Assembly: GCA_963768055.1 (NCBI GenBank)
Contig: CAVYGN010000002.1
Span: 1,792,001-1,856,000, forward strand
DNA from: an uncultured Spirochaetota bacterium
GTDB lineage: Bacteria; Spirochaetota; Brevinematia; Brevinematales; JAOACQ01
Direction: 5' to 3'
Length of the DNA stretch: 64,000 bases
This document shows positions 50,595 to 60,056 of this stretch, in pieces (the first letter of the stretch is position 1; every line of letters starts with the position of its first letter). Under the pieces are notes generated by a model. It had not been told where the DNA came from. It searched no databases and was given only the letters and a program-made list of their open reading frames with translations. A program made the position numbers and the translations under genes.

Positions 50595-50831
50595 GGTAAG
50601 AAACTCTAAGGTCTTATATTTATCCGGCAAGATATTCTGGATCATCCCTTCCAAACATCTCTTCAAGTTCAATATGGCTATTTGTCTTCATTAAAAATAA
50701 TTAAAATATTTAAAAAAATTTTTATTTGTATACAATTAAATGAAATATCACTATTTTTGCCCAAAAATATATACTTTTTTATAACTATCTCAATTTATAT
50801 TTAGATATAAGAGGGAATGGTTTCTTAAAAA

Positions 50832-51911
50832 ATGGAAAAGAAAAGAAGATATTCTAGAAGGTCACATCATAGAAATTTATTTCTTAGAAATGGAATCTAT
50901 CAATTTAAAAAAATGATTAATGGACAATTGATTCGGTTTTCATTATGGACTAATAATTTATCTTTGGCCGAAAACTTACGGGATATTATTCTTAAGGAAC
51001 GATTTTCTGAGTTTAGGAAATTAAAAGATAATAAATCACTTAAAAAAGCTCAAGAATTAGATCTAATTAATAAAAGAACCGAAAATTTGGAACAGGTTTG
51101 GAATGAATATTTTAAATTTAAAGAATTGGAAAACTTATCAACTTCACAAATGAATATTAAAAGAAAAGTTTTCCAAGACTTTTTGAAAAATCAAATTACA
51201 TCAATTGATGATTTTACTCAGTCGAATATTAATAATCTTATGAGTATTTATAAGAAAAAATACCATGATGACAGTACAAAAAAATATGTTTCGGAAATCA
51301 AATGTTTTCTAAATTTTTGTGTCAGAAGTGGTTACTTTACTCGTGAAAACTATGACCGATTATCCTGGCCAAAATTACGAACAAAAGTAAATTCAACTGT
51401 AATCTCAAAATCTGATCTCGAAAAGATTTTTAAATATACCAAACAAAATGATAAGGATTTCTTTTTTTATCTGCAAGCGCTTTATTTTTTGAGTTGTAGG
51501 CCTTCAGAGGTTTTGGCACTTAAAAATGAAAATTTTGATTTTTCAATGTGGACTTGTAAAATCTGGATGAATAAAACAAAAAAGTTCAAAAATGTTCTTA
51601 TTGTTAATAATGAGTTTTGCCAACTACTTATAGAATATTTTCAGAATAAAACTAATGATTATCTCTGTGAACGTCATGAATCAAAGGAATATTATAGTAA
51701 AAAGTTTAAACAGTTGAAAATTCAATTGGGATTAAATTCAAGTTACACCCTTTACAGTTTTCGGAAAAGCTCAGCTTCGCATTTATTTGAAAATACAAAA
51801 GATATAAAGTTTGTATCAAATCAATTGGGAGATAACCAAGCTATGGCAATGAAACACTATATTCATTTTGATACAAATCAATATTTGCAAAAGTATCAAA
51901 ATAGTCTTTGA
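50832..51911 (+). CDS. Tyrosine recombinase/integrase 2, paralog of integrase 1
   Basis: CRPSEV, NKT, YSFRK, QLGD, KHY. Confidence 0.85.
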   Translation: MEKKRRYSRRSHHRNLFLRNGIYQFKKMINGQLIRFSLWTNNLSLAENLRDIILKERFSEFRKLKDNKSLKKAQELDLINKRTENLEQVWNEYFKFKELENLSTSQMNIKRKVFQDFLKNQITSIDDFTQSNINNLMSIYKKKYHDDSTKKYVSEIKCFLNFCVRSGYFTRENYDRLSWPKLRTKVNSTVISKSDLEKIFKYTKQNDKDFFFYLQALYFLSCRPSEVLALKNENFDFSMWTCKIWMNKTKKFKNVLIVNNEFCQLLIEYFQNKTNDYLCERHESKEYYSKKFKQLKIQLGLNSSYTLYSFRKSSASHLFENTKDIKFVSNQLGDNQAMAMKHYIHFDTNQYLQKYQNSL

Positions 51912-51981
51912 TTTTTAGAAATGTCAGTCATTTAAATTTTATGAGAAGTATAAATATTAACAATAAGGAGGGTAAAAAACA

Positions 51982-53026
51982 ATGGAGAAAAATCTTTATG
52001 AAACTTTATTAGGAATCGCTCAAAACTTTGAATTTACCGATATTGACAAAGTTAATGTGGGTGCTTTGAAAAGAAAATCAAAGTCTGAGCTTTATTATAA
52101 CAGGTTTATATTTACTTCTTTAGCTCATATTCCTGATCGAGTAAAAAAAAATCCTGAGAAGTATTTCAAACACTGTTTCTATTGTTTTAAAGATGATCTT
52201 AATATTATTTATAATGAGAGAGGGGGGTTCGGACAATAAACATTCATGGTTTATGTGGCTAATCAACAATTATCAACTAATCTGGGAAGCTTATTATAGA
52301 AGGTGGAATGGTGATTTCGATCCTACTGAGTATAAACTGGCATTCAGCCATAAACAAGTTGTAGAAGCAAAATTCCAAGGTTTCAAATATTGCTATGAAA
52401 GTGGCTACTGGAACCATAGAGAATATAGACTCAGTAATAATTGTCTACTAATAGGAAAAAGTAACATGTTGTACCTTGATATACCGATTGAAGATCAAGA
52501 CAATATAGAAGGGCAAGTGTATAAAAAGATTGATGATGTTTTGCGACTTGGTGTCTTCCAGACTACCAATGAGAAAGAACGAAAGATTATTCATGACCGA
52601 TTCAAATTTAAAGAGATGGAATTTGATATTTATTACAATAGTAAACCTCTTTTTGAGACATTACTCCATGAAGATGAATATCACTATGAAACAACTGCCT
52701 ACCTCAAGGTAAATAAATCATCTGAACTTTATTCCTACAATGTTACTGCTAAGAAAGAAAGAAGAGACTATAACCTACCAGATGATCTCTATAAAATAGA
52801 ATTGCGGTTGAAGTTTCCGTACTTCAAGGAATTGTTTAAGGTTTATCCCGAAGTAAGAACTTTAAATCCAGTCGAGCTATTTGAATGGTTGAAAAGTAGG
52901 ACATCAGCTTATTCTATTATTAATAAGTCGTTGCGAGAGATAAGGGGAATAGTTGAAGAACCGTATATCCGTTGGAAGATTCTGGATGATTTAAATAGGG
53001 AGTGGAGAGAACTGAAAGCCTCGTAG
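51982..53026 (+). CDS. Hypothetical, possibly replication-initiator-like protein; probably one gene frameshifted at the G6 tract 52222-52227
   Basis: AAGGAGG RBS at 51982; removing one G fuses ORFs 51982-52239 and 52193-53026; C-terminal Y..K...LYKIELRL. Confidence 0.5.
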
Positions 53027-53030
53027 CTGG

Positions 53031-53240
53031 AACTTTGATGCCGAAGGCAGCAAAGTTAGTTCCCCGAAACGCGAAGCGTTTAAGTTGTTTACTGCGGGCC
53101 CGCAGGACCGCAGTAAACCCCCTTTAAGGGGTTATAGTTGGCGCTAACAGTTGACCCGCAGGTCAACTGCACAACTTTTGGGTCTCAGTTCCCCAAAAGT
53201 TGCCCGTTACATTGGGGGTCTCAGTCCCCCCCAATGTAAC
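53031..53240. other. Dense hairpin cluster (putative origin or structured RNA)
   Basis: About seven adjacent inverted repeats in a GC-rich 210-bp stretch inside an AT-rich island. Confidence 0.75.
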
Positions 53241-53455
53241 CCAGAAAATTTATTGACCAATAGCAGAGTATTTCAAACCCCCATTTTGAATATTTGATAG
53301 CCTTTTGATTCAGGATAAATTGGGGGATTTGAATTTCTAAATCTTATACAACTGTGAAATTACTTTTTATCAAAGACGTGCATTTTCATTTTCTCTGCCT
53401 GCTTTAAAGTATGGTTATTTCCTTGCAGGTACACTAACAGTCTCTTTTTTAGGGG

Positions 53456-53464
53456 TGTGGATAA
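53456..53464 (-). promoter_or_regulatory. Consensus DnaA box TTATCCACA
   Basis: TGTGGATAA on the + strand; single copy seen. Confidence 0.45.
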
Positions 53465-53624
53465 CAAGCTGAAGACTTGACATAATCTGGTATGGTTATA
53501 AATACTTAAGCTATCTGTTTAGGGAGGGTAGGTTGTTTAAAATTATGGCTAAGATCATTGAGGATTTTGCAGCGATTATAACTTTGGGATAATATTAGAT
53601 AATGGATAGAATGACCATAATATA

Positions 53625-53653
53625 TTGACTTCATGAGATGAAAGAACTATACT
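53625..53653 (+). promoter_or_regulatory. sigma70 promoter TTGACT-N17-TATACT
   Basis: Near-consensus, upstream of the 53729 ORF. Confidence 0.6.
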
Positions 53654-53728
53654 TCCAATGGGGGTAGATCATTGCTTATGCCGGACACTTTAAGATATTT
53701 TTTCAAACAAGATTAAGGGAGGTCTTCT

Positions 53729-54208
53729 ATGTCTAATTATTTCACCCTTGTATCCCATCATATACAAGATCAAGGTCAGAGAGATGAATTTTATCAAGAA
53801 GTCCAGTTCCCTAACAGAAATTTATCAATTGGCTGGGGTGAAGTAAACCATTTTGGGAAAGATTATGATAAGATAAAACATGATATAGATCTTCAATACC
53901 CAGTTTTTAAAGGAACAAATAATCCGGATAACGGAGGCAAGTCTTTATCTATGTTTTGTTCTTTACAGCCCGGTGATATCGTATTCGTTAGAGGGAATGC
54001 TAAAATAATCGATGTCGTAGTTATAACAGGAGCCCCGTCTTATGATTATAATCAAGGGGATTATAAAACAAATAACTATTGTACAAAGATTCCTTTCGTG
54101 CCATTGTTCGAGGACACCAGAATGAGGATTTTGACAATTGATATTCCGGCTGATATTAGAGAACAGGTCCTTTTTGAAGGAGGTAAAGCTTGTAATGAGA
54201 AGAATTGA
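53729..54208 (+). CDS. Hypothetical protein resembling PUA-like N-terminal domains of Mrr/McrB-type proteins; possible late frameshift extending it to 54260
   Basis: SIGWG...F..LQPGDIVFV...VITG..YDY pattern; GGAGG RBS. Confidence 0.5.
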   Translation: MSNYFTLVSHHIQDQGQRDEFYQEVQFPNRNLSIGWGEVNHFGKDYDKIKHDIDLQYPVFKGTNNPDNGGKSLSMFCSLQPGDIVFVRGNAKIIDVVVITGAPSYDYNQGDYKTNNYCTKIPFVPLFEDTRMRILTIDIPADIREQVLFEGGKACNEKN

Positions 54209-54277
54209 AGAAAATATAGCCTTACGCCTGCTTCAAATGATAATTGAACAACTTAATTAAAAGGGAGGTTAAGAAAC

Positions 54278-54526
54278 ATGCCGAACAAGAAAGAAACCGG
54301 AAAGAGAGCTGCAAGTAATGCATCCAAGACTTTGACAAGTAAATCAACTAGCAAAACTTCAAAGGTAGCTGCTGGGAGCGCTTTGTCACAGAGAAAGGCC
54401 CCCAAGAAAGAGACCTCATCTCGAGCTGCTTCAGCTGCATCAAAAACCCTTCGTGATGGCAGGACAAGCAAAGCATCCAAGTCTGCAGCTGGAAGTGCTT
54501 TGGCTCAAAAACCTAAAAGGAAGTAA
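54278..54526 (+). CDS. Small basic Ser/Ala/Lys-rich protein with an internal duplication
   Basis: GGGAGG RBS; two copies of KET..RAAS.ASKTL....TSK.SK.AAGSAL.Q. Confidence 0.8.
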   Translation: MPNKKETGKRAASNASKTLTSKSTSKTSKVAAGSALSQRKAPKKETSSRAASAASKTLRDGRTSKASKSAAGSALAQKPKRK

Positions 54527-55128
54527 TCAGACTTAAACCTTAGTAAAGCCACCCTCTGTTCTCACCAAGATCAATCAACAATAACTCTGGAAAACCTTAA
54601 AGGTAAAGTCTTTTCCACAAGGAAATAGCCAAAACAGATTCCTTTTATTCCATAACGGTAACATGGATAATAGACAGACAACTGATCTGAAACATATGGT
54701 TGTACCCAAAAGTACAGGTGTGGATTCAAAAGTACACCCTATGACCTTGAAGTTCAGAAACTACAAAAAAAGGTAAATAAATTGATTCAGATGGAACACC
54801 CTTGTTGAAAGCATTAGTGTTTTGTGTCACATCTCGGAACTCAGCCCGTAGGCTTCGTTAAGGTTATTTTTGGTTCAGTGGGGTTATTCTTGCACTTAGG
54901 GAAAACATAACCGGAAGGAGACTATTAAATATCTACAAATGGATGAAGAATGATAATCCCAACATCACAGGTTAAAAAGCTAAAGCAAAAGGAAAGGAAA
55001 GAAGGGAATTGGCACAGCGTTAGCAGAAATCCTATTTGTGTTTTATTGTTAGAACAAAGATTAAATAGAAATAACTGGAAATCATATATAATTATTATTA
55101 CTATGCCAGAAATACTTTTGTCAATGCT

Positions 55129-55794
55129 TTGTTCTCTGAAGGAATAACTTTATATCACTCCGAGCATTCAGATGAACTAATCAATAAAATTCAACAGAAT
55201 ATTCCTGAAATAGTGGTTTTGGATGTTATTAATGAAGATTTTACTGGCATATTTGAACTTGTAAAACAAATAAAGAATCATTCATCTGATGAAATGAAAA
55301 AGACAGCGATAATTCTTCTTATAGGCTCTATCGACAAACAAACAATTACTTCCGCAATTCAGGCCGGAGTAATTGGATTTATTAAAAGCAATGCTGCAGT
55401 AGATTTTGTTTACAAATATATTATGGATACTTATCAAAAGGTCCGGGGGGTTCCCCCTGAAAGAAAATATGTGAGGATTAAAATCGAATCTAATGACAGG
55501 ATCGGCATCAAATTCCGGTCTCCTGTGAATTCACGGCTTATTATCGGTCAAATTAAAGATATCAGCTTCGGCGATATCGCTGTAGAATTAGCCGGTACAT
55601 TCCCCCCTGAATCAATAGCCAACGGATCGGAGATAAAGAATATGCAGTTCATTTTAGAAGGAAAGGATGTGTTTATCGATGGAATTGTGGTTGTTTATCA
55701 AAATAAATTTTGCGCATTTAGATTTAAAGACATGACGACAGAAATAAAAGAAATCATTTCTCAGTATGTTTTTAAAAAAATATGCTGTATATAA
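55129..55794 (+). pseudogene. N-terminally damaged REC + PilZ-like protein
   Basis: VVLDV...GFIK (REC); RKYVR and DISFGD (PilZ, G to D change); in-frame stop upstream and no clear start or RBS. Confidence 0.6.
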
Positions 55795-56233
55795 GAAAAT
55801 TTGCCTATTAAGTTAAATCAGTAACTTGTTTAAATCTTGTTAGTTTATGCTTACGATATTTTGCATTTCCCCAAAAATTTCAGATTCGAGTAATATTTCC
55901 AAATCAAAATCTGAATGATTAAAATTAAAATTCTGATCTATAAAATAATAGAGAGGAGTAATAATCGTATACCATGGCTATGAAAGAGCCGTTCGTGGGG
56001 TATTTATTTAAAAAAGATATTTATCTGAAATTACTGAAAGAAGTCTACGAAGGCTGTGATGAATATGGTTGATGATTGGTTTTTAATATGATAGTACTCC
56101 GGAGGGGGATTCAAAATCTGAGAATAAATGAAAAAAGTCCACAAAGGAAGTGATACTTGGGTTCGTGGGGAGGTTAAAAAAAAGTATTTTTAAGAATCTG
56201 AAATTTTCATTCAAATTTATAAATAAATGTAAA

Positions 56234-56312
56234 ATAAGTAGCGAAAAACCTTTGATTTTCTGAATGACTTGTTTTATAATAATATAAGTAGCGAAAATAG
56301 AATATTTCGCTA
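56234..56312 (+). promoter_or_regulatory. Promoter TTGATT-N17-TATAAT flanked by TAGCGAAA repeats
   Basis: ATAAGTAGCGAAAA at 56234 and 56284; inverted TTTCGCTA at 56305. Confidence 0.6.
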
Positions 56313-56325
56313 TTTAGAGGTTTTT

Positions 56326-56970
56326 ATGGAATTAACAGTTTTTCTTGAAGATGAGGAAATTGAACGGCTATTAAGAGCGTTTAATCTTAGAATGAGAAAC
56401 GGCATTATGATGAATGCCATTATCCGGTTAATGGGCTATTGTGGGCTTCGAGCTTCAGAATGTATCGGGCATGAAAAGAGAGCAGGGGGAGGTTTACGGA
56501 TTCAGGACGTAAACCTGAACACAGGTCAAATTACCATAAGAGATTCAAAAGATACAAGAGGTAAAGATCAACGACGTAGGAAGACGAAGAATGGCCGGAT
56601 CGTATTTGCTGGTGGTGAGACCCTCGAGGCTCTAAGAAAATGGTGGACAGATATTCGGGCAATACAATCAATGCTGGAGCCTTATGATGATGATTATTTT
56701 TTTGTGAATAGAAATGGAATGAAGATTTCCAATGCTCAGCTTCGGAAAACCATCCGAATTTATGCCGAGAAAGCAGGGATCCCGCCTGAGAAACGGCACG
56801 CTCATGCCCTGAGACATAGTGCCGGCACCCGTTTTTACAGGGAAACGAAGGATCTGTTAACTGTCCAGAAAATTCTCGGTCATTCATCACCAACAGATAC
56901 AGCACGTTATGCTCATGTCACCGGAGCTGATGTTGAAGAAATTATGCGGAGAGTCCAGAAAAAGAATTGA
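56326..56970 (+). CDS. Short tyrosine recombinase (catalytic domain only)
   Basis: GLRASE, HALRH, LGH, TARY; 214 aa from ATG after AGAGG. Confidence 0.9.
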   Translation: MELTVFLEDEEIERLLRAFNLRMRNGIMMNAIIRLMGYCGLRASECIGHEKRAGGGLRIQDVNLNTGQITIRDSKDTRGKDQRRRKTKNGRIVFAGGETLEALRKWWTDIRAIQSMLEPYDDDYFFVNRNGMKISNAQLRKTIRIYAEKAGIPPEKRHAHALRHSAGTRFYRETKDLLTVQKILGHSSPTDTARYAHVTGADVEEIMRRVQKKN

Positions 56971-57199
56971 CTTTTCATATCACCATAATATTTTCCTATG
57001 AAAATTACTAAACTGGTTTCTTTTAGGTTAATTCTCAAAATGAAACGGTGCATGGGGGCAGTAAGACTATAACTATGACTTCACCACTGTGAAGTATGGA
57101 CAGGAAAGCAGCTGCTGAAGTTCGTAAAAGTTCAGCCTCTATTCCCGCATTGGTGCCATGGAATTTTGCCAACATCCCAAATTGTATCTTACCATTGGA

Positions 57200-57430
57200 T
57201 TTCCAGTCGTCGCCTCGTCGTCATTCATCCCAAGAATTCCCGATCTATGTAGACTGGAGCTTAAATCGCTCCTGATAACTTTAATGAGTGTCGTTTTTAT
57301 GGCTCTGCCCGCAAACAGATTGTTTTGTATAAGTTCCTGGTCCTTACACGCAGGCACTCTATGTCCGGTAGTACTTTGTCGTCATACCGCTAACAGGACT
57401 GAAAAAGCTAATCAACCTGTAGATTATTGA
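57200..57430 (-). pseudogene. Decayed N-terminus of a lambda-family phage portal protein (bounds approximate)
   Basis: Fragments across frames: RLISFFSP, DDKVLPDIECLRVRT, ELIQNNLFAGRAIKT, IDREFLGMNDDEA. Confidence 0.7.
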
Positions 57431-57454
57431 TTATGTTAGGGGTCGATCCAATGA

Positions 57455-57666
57455 TCAGATGTCCCTCGGTAATACGAATCTTGCTATGGAAGTGGATGAA
57501 CCTACATTTAGGTGTCGACATACCCCCCGCCAGTAATTGATATTATTGCGGATTTCCTCCGCCTGGTCGATGGTATAATTCTGTCCCAGAATAAGTGCAT
57601 CGTCTGCTGTTATCCATGCAGACAGCTTTGCCTGGGCCTGTTCTGTTCTTGTGTTATTGCGGACAT
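57455..57666 (-). pseudogene. Decayed DUF6148-like phage head-tail joining gene
   Basis: MSAITQEQ / AQAKLSAWITADDALILGQNYTID..EEIRNNINYWRG...FVLPRDI; frameshift at a duplicated AGAAC. Confidence 0.7.
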
Positions 57667-57775
57667 ACGTGCAGGTTTGTTAGATAAGAAAATTAATTGA
57701 ATTGATTAAAAATATGATTTTTTAAATCTCCTGTAATTTTTAAGGACAAAGGGAGATAACAGGAGAAAAGAATTT

Positions 57776-58823
57776 TTAAGGATCAAGATATTTTTCAGCA
57801 TCTTTATCAAACCATTCCGCTTCATGTAAATATTCTTTTCCAATTTCTTTTAAAAATTTAGATGTTTCAGGCCAATTAACTTCCAATAATTTAGAGTTAT
57901 TGAAGTAGGCATCAGCTAATTCTTTTTCTTGACGGCCACCTTCCTGTAGGCTCCTTGTTGTGGCTCCACGTGAATTATATTTCCCAATTGATAAACCAGT
58001 TTTAATTCTTTCATAACCTTTCTCAATAAATTCTCTTGCAATTAAACATGGCCAAATTTTATCATTTGGAGGTGGAACTCGGGAAAGTATTTCACCAATT
58101 TTATCCTCGGATATACTTTTTCTATTATTTATTTCAGCATAAGTTATTGCTTTATCACACCAAGCTCTAAGATAATCATCCCTTGTTTTCTCTTCCTTTA
58201 TGTTGAATCCAGGATAAGTATGCCAATTTTTTAATACATTAAATGCAAATTGGGCATTTAAAACGGAACTTTCATTAACTTCAGTTTCTGCTTTATCCTC
58301 ACCTTCAGGTTTATAAATATTACATATTAATTCTACAAAACTTTCCGGATTATCATTTATGTCCTGTGAAATGAACTTTGGTTGGACTATTGAATATTCA
58401 AGTAAAGGAAGATAGGCTATTTCCATATGAATTACCCTTTCAGTTGGCAAATCAGTAAACTTATATAAAGCATTAAAAATATTCTCAATATAATGAGTAC
58501 TTAACGAATCACTGAGTATAATATTCCGTTTATCTTCTGGTATGGTTAATACTTTTTCTAATAAAGATAAATAATCATCAAAAGCTGCAAATTTTTCAAT
58601 ATCTATATTACCACTGCCTAAAATTACAATTAACAAATCAAACCTTTCATATTTAATAAGATATTCTTTTACCTTGATAAATATTTCATTTGATTTAATC
58701 CATTGTGGGAAAAAATAATGTAATTTGTTCCAATATCTTTCTTGAACTAAGTGATACTTTTCAAGAAGAGCAAGAATTCTATTATCAAAATCCAGATGGA
58801 ATATTATATCTGTTGCAGTTACA
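57776..58823 (-). pseudogene. C-terminal part of a large hypothetical protein, truncated by the IS
   Basis: The ORF-track start lies inside the IS; C-terminus NSRGATTRSLQEGGRQEKELA...WPET. Confidence 0.65.
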
Positions 58824-58825
58824 TG

Positions 58826-60054
58826 TGACCCGCTCCCCAAAATTTGGTCCAACTTATATGTTAGTATATAATATAAGGAGGACATTTTATGGCGAAGAAA
58901 GGTTTCACACCGGAACAGATTATTCAGAAACTCAGGGAAGTCGAAGTTAACCAGTCAAAGGGCATGAGCATGGCCGAATGTATCAGGCAAATCGAAGTAA
59001 CAGAACAAACCTATTACCGCTGGAGGAAAGAATACGGCGGTATGAGGACAGACCAGGCCAAAAGGCTCAATGAACTGGAAAAGGAAAATAGCAGGCTCAA
59101 AAGGATAGTAGCTGATAAAGAGCTTGACATACAGATACTCAAAGAATTCATGAGGGTTGAATCAAAAAACTCCTCAGCCCGGTAAAGAGAAATTTAACAG
59201 TCATTGAGGTTTGTAATAATCTCGAAATATCTCAACGCCGGGCTTGCCTGACAATCGATCTCTGGAGAAGTTCAGTAAGATACCAACCAAAGAAAACAGA
59301 TGAAGAAGAAAGGCTGACGGAAGACATTATCAAACTGGCGACGTCTTACGGCCGCTATGGATATAAAAGGATCACATCGATGCTCAGGGAAGAAGGATGG
59401 AGGGTCAATCACAAGAGGGTTCTAAGGATATGGCGCAAAGAGGGGCTAAAAGTCCCCAAAAGGCATCCGAAGAGAAAAAGACTGTGGCTTAACGATGAAT
59501 CCTGTGTAAGGTTAAGGGCCGAACATCGCAATCATGTATGGAGTTATGACTTTGTCCAGGACAGGACAAGCGACGGCAGGCCGATAAAAATATTGACCCT
59601 TGTTGATGAATATACCAGGGAAGCGCTGGCTGTGGATGTAGAAAGGCAAATAAAGTATCCCTATTTAATAGACAGATTATCGGAACTGTTTATTGAAAAG
59701 GGAACGCCTGAATATATCCGGAGCGACAACGGGTCTGAATTCATCGCCAAACCGCTCCGGAAATGGCTTAAAAGTGTGAACGTAAAAACCCTCTACATAG
59801 AACCTGGAAGCCCCTGGGAAAACGGATATGTTGAATCGTTCAACGGAAGACTCAGGGATGAATTTCTTAACGGAGAACAATTCGATACGCTTTTTGAAGC
59901 TAAAGTATTGACCGAGAGATGGAGGAGGGAGTATAATACAGTAAGACCTCACAGCTCACTGGGTTACCGTCCACCGGCCCCGGAGGCTATTTTTTTGGCT
60001 GCAAAAGCTTCTTAAACTAACTTATAAACTGGACCAAAGAATGGGGAGAGGTCA
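58826..60054 (+). mobile_element. IS3-family insertion sequence (IS407-like ends), 1229 bp
   Basis: IRL TGACCCGCTCCCCAAAATTTGGTCCA; IRR reverse complement TGACCTCTCCCCATTCTTTGGTCCA; orfA/orfB layout. Confidence 0.95.
58889..60015 (+). CDS. IS3-family transposase OrfAB via programmed -1 frameshift
   Basis: orfA HTH 58889-59185; slippery AAAAAAC at 59164-59170; orfB WSYDF, SDNG, ESFNG (DDE). Confidence 0.95.
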
Positions 60055-60056
60055 CA

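Noticed and set aside
53031..53240. CRISPR array or simple terminator
   Set aside because: No constant repeat with regular spacers, no cas genes, and far more structure than a terminator with no clear poly-T
53321..53333. Reverse-strand TTCAAATCCCC matching the tRNA T-arm as a possible attR
   Set aside because: Only 11 bp, inverted orientation, and part of a local inverted repeat
54253..54480. Minus-strand ORF opposite the basic mini-protein
   Set aside because: The plus-strand ORF has the RBS and follows a co-oriented gene
57060..57085. ACTATAACTATGACT resembling an LSU rRNA homing-site sequence
   Set aside because: Short match without flanking rRNA similarity
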